DNA of 64,000 nt from Macrostomum lignano (taxonomy: Eukaryota): positions 5,407 to 69,406 of the forward strand of contig NIVC01003924.1 in the NCBI GenBank assembly GCA_002269645.1. Direction: 5' to 3'. The notes beneath the pieces are model-generated. The model had not been told where the DNA came from, ran no database searches, and saw nothing but the letters and a program-made list of their open reading frames with translations. Shown here piece by piece: positions 14,259 through 23,249 of this stretch (position 1 is the stretch's first letter; every line of letters starts with the position of its first letter). A program made the translations under genes and the position numbers.

Positions 14259-14808
14259 TCTACTGAGAAATCAGATTTTTGTCGACCGATTTTGTCTATG
14301 ACAAAACCTCATTCAGAGCTATGCATTCTCTAGAGCACACTAAATACACTAGCAATGCGAACAACATACGTTCTCTATCAGTCTCCAGCTTTCGAAGAAA
14401 ACCGAGTGTAGCGTTTTTATAAGAGTATCTCAGCTGTCTGTAGTACTTCTATGATTGGGACGATGAGTTATCACAATGTGTCTGCATTCATTCATTCCCT
14501 TTACGGCCATTGCAGCTCTGGCAGGGGTAGTGCAGTCAATCATTTATGAGCACTTGGTCAACCTACATGTTTCTCTTCCGATCTCTCACAGATCGCCGTA
14601 AGGACTGCCCAAGTTAAGGCTCTCAGAGCTGGGGGGGGGGTAAGACCACCTGGCTAAAACTTTTGATTTTCGCCGCCAAACTCCGGTGCGGAAGGGAAAG
14701 ACAAACAGGAGCGGCAGGGAGGCTGAGCGATGAAGAGCGTGCGGGGGAAGGCGTTTGTGCTGGACAAACTCTCTCTCAGTCCGGCTGAGATTTTTAAACC
14801 TGTGGAGA

Positions 14809-14853
<45 letters not shown>
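14809..14853 (+). repeat. (CTAA)n microsatellite, left flank of the Maverick
   Basis: About 11 tetranucleotide units. Confidence 0.95.
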
Positions 14854-14854
<1 letters not shown>

Positions 14855-14957
14855 GTAGTATACGTTTTTTTGACACAAAGCCGATTTCCTTATGGCGAAA
14901 TACATAGTAAGTACAGGCCCAAAAAAATGGCAGAGTCCGAAATTTCATGTGCACGCA
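14854..14957 (+). repeat. Left terminal inverted repeat of the Maverick
   Basis: 14854-14937 is the exact reverse complement of 29499-29582. The match extends imperfectly to about 104 bp. Confidence 0.97.
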
Positions 14958-15412
14958 GTCTGAAATTCCATGTGCACGCAGTCTGAAATTCCAAGTGCAC
15001 GCTAAATATCTTTTACGCAACGTGATTATTCAGACGAATTGCATATCCACCTGTCCAAAATACAAGTAACCGATTCTAGCAATGGTGACACAAACACACT
15101 TCAAAGGATTCCATTCAAGACAAATTTACTCCAAAGCTATTCACACATTTCAAGTGTTTTTGAAATATTGAAAACTTGTGAATATTATCACCCTTTTGAA
15201 GAAAGATAGTAAATGATCTATTCTTGAGTGCCTATAGAATTTTTGCACCAACTTGAGCAGATGGTTTACAGATACTATGTCAACAACTGCGTCAACATGC
15301 TTCTTCTTTATACTATATATATATACGAACACACTGACACAGAAAATATTAAATAACTTAAACCAAGTTTACATTATACTACTTGTTCAACTATACTTAC
15401 ATCTTAAGTGAA

Positions 15413-16274
15413 ATGAAGCGATCACGTCAGCAGGAATTGGCCGAGCGCTATGTTAAACAAGGTAAGATAATCACCTACTCTAGTTCAGTTTTCTTTTTTA
15501 GATTGACTGTTCGCTATAGTTTAGTTTCTAGATTGATTGTTAGTTCGGTTTCTGTTTAGACCGATCCTCTGTTTGTTCAGTCTCTAGATTGATTTTCTGC
15601 TAGTTCGGTTTCTGTTTAGACTAATACTCTGCTAGTTCAGAATTTCTAGATTGATTGTCTGCTAGTTCGGTTTCTGTTTAGACTGATTCTCTGCTAGTTC
15701 AGTTTCTATATACATTGTATACATGCACCTATACCAAATTTCCCTCATCTTATCCATTATTATAGCATTCAAGAATGGTTTCTTCACGCGGCCACCTCCA
15801 GATCAGTGCAAACGCATTTGCCACGACACCACCACATCCAATTCTGCTGCAAGAGCATCATATTCTACATCTCTCGCCAGAGTAACCTCGATTCATGTCG
15901 AGAGACAGACAACTGAGCTAGATCGCATTTACACAAGAACTGATGTTATTCAGTCAATTAGGCAGCAATCGAACCCACGACCAACTGACCAACTGCAGTA
16001 TGCACCACCACCACCATCACCAACCAGCTACAATGACCCAACAAAGCAAACTTGCAGTAAGCCTACAAGTACCAAACCAACGACAGCAACTGAAACACCA
16101 TCATCATCAATTGCTATTTCTACCCAAGTTCAACCGCTGCTAAACTCGCCAATTATTGTACAGAAGGACATCAAGTCTGTAAAAGTCTCTCAAATGAGCA
16201 CAGGCTTCTACCAAGTAGAATTACCAAAGACCTGTAATACAACTCAAGTATTTGAATATTGGGACCTATCTTAA
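15413..16274 (+). CDS. Maverick accessory gene 1, spliced (15413-15461 + 15766-16274), about 185 aa, unknown function, Thr/Ser/Pro-rich centre
   Basis: ATG exon MKRSRQQELAERYVKQ ends G|GTAAGA. The acceptor ...CCATTATTATAG|CA restores the frame of the 15723-16274 ORF (G+CA=Ala). Confidence 0.6.
15481..15710 (+). repeat. Degenerate ~30-bp tandem repeat inside the intron of accessory gene 1
   Basis: Alternating TAGTTCGGTTTCTGTTTAGA.. and TAGTTCAG..TCTAGATTGATT.. units. Confidence 0.75.
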
Positions 16275-16524
16275 AAAGACATTTTTTCTAACTCTTCATA
16301 AAATTTTGCCAGCAATGTGTCCAAGTAATTGCTCTTTTAGTATATATCAAACAAGTCTGTAATCAATAATATAATCTCTATAAATTCATTATTCTAAAAA
16401 ATTCTTTCAATTTTATTCGCCATTTATTGAAATTATTTAATTCAATATAAAGTCAATATCTTGTACAGTCATCATTAAACAAAAATTATTAATCCATGCA
16501 AATAATTTTTTTTTCATACGTTTC

Positions 16525-17215
16525 TTTAGCCATGGTCTGGCTTTTGCCTCAACAGTATGATTTAGCTGTGGTCCAGCTTTTGCCTCAACAGTATGATTTA
16601 GCTGTGGTCCAGCTTTTGCCTCAACAGTTTTTAGCCGTGGTCCGGCTTTTTTGCCTCAGCAGTATGATTTAGCTGTGGTCTAGCTTAAAACTGCATCAAC
16701 AGTGATTTAGCTATAGTCCAGGCTTAACTACCTCAACGATGATTTAGCTATAGTCAAGGCTTAACTGTCTCAACAGTAATTTTAGCTGTTGTCCAGACTT
16801 AACTGCCTCAACAGTGATTTTAGCTGTGGTCCAGGCAACTGTCTCAACAGGGATTTAGCTGTAGTCCGATTAGCTTAACTGTCCAGTTATTTAGCTGTGA
16901 GCCAAGCAGCAGCACCCGTCTCAACAGTGAGAATTAGCTATGGTCAGCTTTACCTCAACTGTGATTTGGCTGCTGTGGTCTAGCATAACTGACTCAACAG
17001 TAATTTTAGCTGTAGTCGTCCAGCTTAACCACCCGTCCAGTTTTATAACCATGGTCCAGCTTAACCACCGTCTCAACGTACAGCGATTTAGTCGTGGTCC
17101 AGCTTAACCGTCTCAACGTACAGTGATTTAGCCATGGGTCTAGTAGCAATTAACCGTATCAATAGTGATTTAGCCGTGGTCCAGCTTAACTGTCTCAACA
17201 CAGTAATTTAGCTTA
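16525..17215 (+). repeat. Internal array of about 18 degenerate ~36-bp palindrome-containing repeats
   Basis: Consensus TTTAGCTGTGGTCCAGCTTAACTGTCTCAACAGTGA. Indels between units rule out a continuous reading frame. Confidence 0.85.
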
Positions 17216-17750
17216 GTCCAAACAGCATTTGTGTGTCAACTGCACTGACTGCATGCGGTTATAGCAGCGGCAGTCATTATAGTCCCAACAAGCTGCGCGT
17301 CGCAGCATGATAGTGTAACTCTATATAGCTTCTGCTCAATATAGGACTGCAAAAGCTGAGTTACAACTATACCTTTTTCTGTTTGAAAAGTAACACTCTA
17401 TATATAGGTTACTCAAGCAATCTCTTGTCACCGTGCGAGCTAAAAAATTCCAACATGCAAGCAAAACTTTCAATAAATTAATTTCATAGCACCGCGTGCA
17501 GCTTATTTTTACTCTAAAATCCAAGATTGCTAATTTTTCAAGTCGCAAAATATTTTAATTACATTCTACTTGAGAACAAAACCAATCTAATGAAGCAGCA
17601 ACCAGCAGTCTTCTTATTAAACGCTTGCCATCGTGTTACTCTTGCAAATTTATAACTAGTGTGCCTAAGATTCATTAATTTTATTGTATAAAATATCAAC
17701 CTACATTTGCGTAAAATTAGACCTAATCATGCAACCCACCCTAGAAACTT

Positions 17751-19122
17751 ATGCCACCTTTGGCACGCAACAATGTCTTAATCAGCACGCAACAATTAAA
17801 TTTGTTTACTAGTTCACAAACAGCATGCAAAGCTTGCTATAAATACAAGACCCGAAATGGTCAATTTTTCATGAGCTCAATCATTACAGCAAAAGAAATA
17901 CTATATTCAATTGCTTGTAAGACATGGCAGCTTGCATCAAGACGGAGTCAATTGTACGCTCCGACTCGAGTCCGATTTTTTACGTTGGAGAGCAGTCTAC
18001 AACCACGACTGGTTCGTCCTGCCAGTTTCGATCTATTGCGTGGAAACCATCAATCGAGTGTACAAAATGGTACCCAATTATATTGCAAACCAAGGCTCCA
18101 ATGGAGCTTTTTCGTGGAATCGCAGAAAGGCCAGAGCTCGATCATCCGTCTTGCAGACACGACTCTCGCGACGCAGTAAGTGTCCAATTTCATCCAGACA
18201 GCTGCGATAAGGAACTCTTCCACTCTCTCCGGTGAGCACCATATTAAATTTATACAATTAATTTTAGGAAACTATATTCATAATTTATATAATGTTTTGC
18301 AGTCAAGTCGAAAAAGGTCTATCGGTCAAGTTGAACGAGATTCAAGATGCTCGACCCTTGGCACGACTAACAAAACCAGCTCATCAGCATGCTAACGACG
18401 TCCTCGAGTTTGTGCCTCAACAATGGCTGGCTATAAAGCCTGCTTACCCTTGTGCCACAATCAGGATCAGCAACGATCATCCACACGGGAAGGAGGTGTC
18501 CATTTCCGATTTCAAAGGTGTCAGCGGTACCTACCAAATGACAGTGCAAGCAACGAGCTTGTATTGTCCAAAAGGCTGCCTCGTCTGGCGCATTACATTC
18601 GCTGTGCGCTCTCTGACACTCATAGAATCTTCCGACAACATGTTGCAGCGCCTCGACATGTTCAAGGGAGTGCTTGCACACCTACCCGCGACCAAGTCAG
18701 CAATTAGAAGCAGGAGTCCGTCCCCAACATCTACCTGTGAGCAAGAAGAAGCAAATGAACAAAGCCTGCAGAATTCAAGCCAGGTGACACCTGCCAAGTC
18801 ACCTGCAAAGCGTCGGTCTACCACCACCGTATCGAAGAAGTCGACTACATCGAATGCAGCGCCAGCCTCTATTGAACCGCCGCCTAAAAAGCAAGTTCGA
18901 AAACGCAGCGGTGCAAAACAGCAAAACAATTCTGCCGAAGCTGGTGCAGATGGCACAGACTGGGTGGAGGCTCCACCAGCAAAGATCTTGGTGAGTACAC
19001 CTGCCTCTGGAACCAGGGTAGCGTCCAAGGAGACAGCATTTTTAAAGCGTGCTGCTGCGGACGCTACTACAGCTAGCGTGTCTTCATCGGACGACTCGTA
19101 CAGCAGCTCTGATGATGAGTAA
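17751..19122 (+). CDS. Maverick accessory gene 2, spliced (17751-18175 + 18303-19122), 414 aa; putative tandem OB-fold ssDNA-binding protein with NLS and acidic tail
   Basis: A perfect donor CA|GTAAGT and the acceptor TGTTTTGCAG|T join the two ORFs in frame (CAT). Shows internal repeat-like segments, PPPKKQVRKR and a terminal SSSDDSYSSSDDE. The function is inferred. Confidence 0.6.
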
Positions 19123-19332
19123 CAAAATTTTTGACTAATTTTATCCAAGTTTTAACTAACTTATTCCACTATATTTATCAAATTTTTGGCTAGGGAAATA
19201 TTATTTTTTAGGGAAAAGCTCAAAACATTTTTTGCTACTCCTTGTACGCTAACCAGGTTTTGTAATTTAATATTAGAATTTACGATAGTATAGTCATGTT
19301 TAACTTTTCTTATTATTTATTTTCCGTTTTAG

Positions 19333-19890
19333 CGACTTGTCCTATTAATAGTTACTGCGAGTCTGAAGCTGCACCCGTTTGAAAAATTTGATTTAAAGCA
19401 GACCAAACAGAAGCTACAGACCAGAAACCGGTTTTGCAAACTATTCCTAAGCCGACCAACAATGCTAAAGACAATTTATTCAAATGCTAAAATCCAACTT
19501 TATCCAGCAGGAAAACTAACTATATATGGCTGTAAATCAAATTCTCAGATAGTCTCAGTTTTACGATTTATCAACGACACTATTAATTGTGTAGATTTTG
19601 ATTCAGTAAAAATTCAGAGCAGTACCTATGTCGGCTTTATTGGTCATCTTTGGCCAAAATTCGGTTTCTCTAGTCTAAAAAGATATGCAGGCTACTATTC
19701 GAATTATCTGGTTGGATACGATGCAGAAAATTTCCCACAAGCAGTTTCTGTTAGATCAGCATCAAAACCAAGGCTTTTTTGTAACATATTTTTTTCGAAA
19801 AAGTTTGTTATTATGGGCGTTCAAAACACTCATGAATTGAATAATATTCTTAACCATGTCAAGGATTTTTTAATCTCTGTTAATAACTAA
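19333..19890 (+). CDS. Divergent TATA-binding protein (TBP)-like protein
   Basis: Open frame from the acceptor TTTTAG|CGA (19333) to the stop. KFDLKQT, IQLYPAGKLTIYGCKS, FDSVKIQS and YDAENFP...KPRLFCNIFFSKKFVIMG align by eye with both TBP core repeats (KLDLKTI, ALIFSSGKMVCTGAKS, FLDFKIQN, YEPELFP...KPRIVLLIFVSGKVVLTG). Confidence 0.8.
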   Translation, partial: RLVLLIVTASLKLHPFEKFDLKQTKQKLQTRNRFCKLFLSRPTMLKTIYSNAKIQLYPAGKLTIYGCKSNSQIVSVLRFINDTINCVDFDSVKIQSSTYVGFIGHLWPKFGFSSLKRYAGYYSNYLVGYDAENFPQAVSVRSASKPRLFCNIFFSKKFVIMGVQNTHELNNILNHVKDFLISVNN

Positions 19891-20113
19891 ACTTAACAAG
19901 TAAACAATTGCTGTCAAATCGCAGTTGCGATGCATTCTTTTACAAACATTTTGTCTTTTTTTATTTATTTACCAATTGTTTTCTCTAATAGTAAACGTGT
20001 CAGCTATACCTATAACTAACCAAATCATCATTTTTCTTACAGCCGCAAATGACAAACCGGATCATCTATTAATATTATGCTCGATACGCTCGTTGTCGAG
20101 CTAGGTGCACACA

Positions 20114-20827
20114 ATGCCGCGTGCACAATGCCAAATCTGCAGAAAAAAGTTCAGTAATCAAGCCGAGCTGCATGCTCACTCGCATGGTGCTTGTTTTTCA
20201 CCGCAACGATTACTGACCGGATCGCTGCAAAACCTGATCGAAAACCCACCAGATGGGTGGTCCATCGCTTTGCGCGAGTCAGCTCATCGTGGTCGGGTAA
20301 ATTTTGTCGAATTTACTCCCACTCTTGAACAACAAGGCAACAGCTCTGGCGAGTTACTTCCTGGCGAGTTGATTGCGTCTTTAAGAGAACCAATATTTAA
20401 AATATTGGAAAAAATTGGCTCACCCAGTTTATTAATAAGAGTCTGCTTTCACTTGAAAGTGACACTATTTCGACCGAAAACAGCAGCAGACGACAACGAT
20501 GGCTCGAGCAGCGAAGAGATCATTTCGGTCTATTTTAATACCAACATTGCGACAATATCATTTGATGAGACGATTGCAAACAGTGACATGCTGTTATCTC
20601 CCGAGGCCTACAATGACTGGTTCGCACGCGTTATTAATCAGTTGTTAATAAAAATTGACAATTTTCAATCTCGAGGTAGTAATTGGCAATATAGAGCAAT
20701 CGAGCAGCTAGACTTGATGCTCTGCGTTTATCGCAAAAGCCATGCAAGCACACTGTCAACAAATACGTCCCACGGTGGTGTGGGGGCGGGCGGCGGCAGT
20801 GGTGGTGGTGGCGGCGGTGGTGGTGGT

Positions 20828-20859
<32 letters not shown>

Positions 20860-21190
20860 GCGCGGGGAGTCCGGTCCAGTCCGGTCCGGTCCAGTCCGGT
20901 CCGGTCTGGTTAAGCAGCAATCGTTTAAAGTTCCAGTCTCAATCGGTCGCAAAGCTGGAGCAGTACTGCTTCTAAAGCCGCACAGAGCAGTTTAAAGCAT
21001 CAAGACTATTTAAGAGTCTTACACAAGCGACAACTTGTGTTTTCGCGCATACAGTCCATTCGTTCTCGAAAACAGAAAGTTTTTTTTGATGCAACAAAGA
21101 AAACTTGCACTAAGCTTCTTCGATACGAAGCGATCCTGGACAAGTTCAATTAATTCGCTACCCTTTGGACACTGGCACTTGGCTAATTAA
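20114..21190 (+). pseudogene. Protein-primed DNA polymerase B (pPolB) remnant with internal deletion of the exonuclease/polymerase core
   Basis: The N-part has a C2H2-like finger and the Maverick pPolB N-terminal motif IDNFQSRGSNWQY..I..LDL...Y, then SFKVPVSI.RK..V. From about 20974, in another frame, come pPolB C-terminal motifs LKHQDYLRVL..IQSIRSRKQKVF, a 1-nt shift in a T8 run, and MQQRKLALSFFDTKR...INSLPFGHW*. Confidence 0.82.
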
Positions 21191-21482
21191 TTAACAATAT
21201 GCTCTGATCTCTTTTGTTGTACAAAGTAATAGCATGCTATAGAAGACTGTAACCCATCATTAATTTTTTCATTGATCATTATTTACAATAAATAAATGAT
21301 ACCGGCATTCGTTTAAATTATAATTTTAGCACTTTTTTGTGTTTAATTATTTGAAAAAGTATATTTTTTATAGTTAGATTCTCAAGACTAAGCTTGTGTT
21401 TGTAGTAGACGTAAATGTAGTGCTATCGTTCATGTTTCAAGAAAAAAAACTTTTTTTTAAACTTTCAGCTACAAGAATCGAC

Positions 21483-21965
21483 ATGAATCCCGAGCAGCAG
21501 CAGCAACAACAACTAACTGATCGTAAGCTTTTAGTTGAACGTCTATACGATTCGGCAACGATTCCGACCCGAAAAACTGTCGGGTCGATCGGGTATGATC
21601 TTTGCGCTGGCGTCGATGGTACCATTCCGGCCTACGAGTCCCGGAGTGTGCGAACCGGACTCAAAATTCGCTTACCGCCTGGTACCTATGGCAGGATAGC
21701 GGGACGTTCCAGCATGGCTCTGCACAGCTTATTTGTTGGCGGTGGCGTAATCGACCCCGACTATACTGGTGAAATCTGTATAGTCTTGTTTAATTACAGT
21801 CCGGAAGACTTTGAGTACTATGCCGGGCTCAGTATTGCACAACTGGTTCTGGAGCAGGCCGTGCTTGCTTCAGTCTATGTGACTGAAGCAGACAATTCGA
21901 TTCGGATGATTGAGCCGCCGACCAAGCGGCGCGGCTTTGGCGGCTTTGGCAGCACTGGCCAATAA
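21483..21965 (+). CDS. dut: dUTPase
   Basis: All five motifs are present: GYDL, GRSS, GVIDPDYTGEI, IAQLV and RRGFGGFGSTG. Confidence 0.96.
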   Translation: MNPEQQQQQQLTDRKLLVERLYDSATIPTRKTVGSIGYDLCAGVDGTIPAYESRSVRTGLKIRLPPGTYGRIAGRSSMALHSLFVGGGVIDPDYTGEICIVLFNYSPEDFEYYAGLSIAQLVLEQAVLASVYVTEADNSIRMIEPPTKRRGFGGFGSTGQ

Positions 21966-22056
21966 GTATAATAATAATAATAAACTGATTTTTTTCTTTG
22001 GTGATTGGTGCACTATGCGAGAGCTTTGTAAATACTATAAGCAATTTTAAAAATTT

Positions 22057-22500
22057 ATGCCTAAAATATATGTTGTAAAAATGTCTCCAGCGAAAGATCG
22101 AGGTTTTAAAAAGAAAAAGAAGAGCATTCGTAAAAAGAAGAAATCTATTAGAAAGATTAATAAAAAGCAACAAGGTTATGGTGTCGTAAATTGGTTAATT
22201 AATCATTTACCATTTGAAGCACATTTACCCGGCGGATATCAGTTTTGTGGTCCAGGTACGCAACTGCAAGCTAGGCTAGCAAAAGGACAACGAGGAATTA
22301 ATCGGCTTGACAATTTGTGCATGCTTCACGACGTGGCCTATGATAAAAATTCTGACGTGCAAGAGAGGTTAAAAGCTGATAAGCTATTAGAATCTGGTGC
22401 ACGAGAGATTGCCCACGATCCGTCTACTGGTTGGAAAGAAAAACTAGCTGCGAAGTTGGTTACCAAGGTTATGCAAGTTAAGCAACGCTTTGGTGCTTGA
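22057..22500 (+). CDS. Parvovirus-type phospholipase A2 virion protein (PLA2X) with basic N-terminus; probable start 22081
   Basis: Ca-binding loop YQFCGPG and catalytic N.LD..C..HD..Y are present. This protein is typical of adintoviruses/Mavericks. Confidence 0.9.
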   Translation: MPKIYVVKMSPAKDRGFKKKKKSIRKKKKSIRKINKKQQGYGVVNWLINHLPFEAHLPGGYQFCGPGTQLQARLAKGQRGINRLDNLCMLHDVAYDKNSDVQERLKADKLLESGAREIAHDPSTGWKEKLAAKLVTKVMQVKQRFGA

Positions 22501-22502
22501 AA

Positions 22503-23192
22503 ATGCAGCAGCCATACAATATGCAACTAGCTCACGATTCTACATTTATTATTGCTGGACCTTCAAACTCGGGTAAAACTGAATGGACGTTGCGTTTGTT
22601 GACTGAACGAAAAGAATTATTTGATAAAAAACCGTGCCGTCTTGTTTGGTGCCATGGATCAAGTTTGAAACCAGACGATCAACAACGAATTAGAACATGC
22701 TGGCAAAAAAGCGGTCTTGACCCTATTGTTTTTGTACCCGAATTCACACCACAGATGATTAATCGTTTTTTACCACACGATTTGGTTGTTGTTGACGACT
22801 TGCAAAGCGAGATTGCTAAGTTGCCAGAATTTACTAGTATGTTTACAAAGCATGCGCATCATATCCCTTTGACTTGTCTGTACCTTTGTCAAGGTCTTTT
22901 TAACAAGTCTGATCCAGAAGCACGCATGCGAAGTTTATCAGCTAGTTATATTTGTCTAACTCGTAGTGTGCGCGATCGAACCACAGTTGAACATCTCGGT
23001 CGACAAATGTATCCGCGTAATAGTAGGTTTCTAGTGAATGTGTATGAAGACGCAACAAATAACAAACCTTTTTCATATTTATTCATTGACCTGCGGCAAG
23101 TGACACCAGATTTTTTACGATTGAGAACAGGAATATTTTCTGGTGATGAACAAGTTGTCTATACTCGTGAATGTGATGCAAAGTTTGTGTAA
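22503..23192 (+). CDS. FtsK-HerA/A32-like DNA packaging ATPase
   Basis: Walker A GPSNSGKT, Walker B VVVDD, HAHH..T..YLCQ and R..SLSASY. Confidence 0.93.
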   Translation: MQQPYNMQLAHDSTFIIAGPSNSGKTEWTLRLLTERKELFDKKPCRLVWCHGSSLKPDDQQRIRTCWQKSGLDPIVFVPEFTPQMINRFLPHDLVVVDDLQSEIAKLPEFTSMFTKHAHHIPLTCLYLCQGLFNKSDPEARMRSLSASYICLTRSVRDRTTVEHLGRQMYPRNSRFLVNVYEDATNNKPFSYLFIDLRQVTPDFLRLRTGIFSGDEQVVYTRECDAKFV

Positions 23193-23249
23193 TATTATTA
23201 TAAGCAAATTATAAACTGTTGTCAATATTAGTTTGTGTTTTATTTCAAA

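Noticed and set aside
15150-15332. 60-aa minus-strand ORF near the left TIR
   Set aside because: No recognisable motif or reliable start. It could be an exon but cannot be supported.
16525-17215. CRISPR-like appearance of the palindromic array
   Set aside because: The inter-repeat segments resemble each other rather than being unique spacers. There are no cas genes and the context is eukaryotic.
17330-17490. YTFFCLKSNTLYIGYSSNL segment resembling a GIY-YIG nuclease start
   Set aside because: It is an ATG-less ~50-codon frame lacking the downstream Arg/Glu catalytic motifs; too weak without a profile search.
18531-19148. Antisense ORFs overlapping Maverick and host genes
   Set aside because: They are shadows of the sense-strand coding sequence with no independent features.
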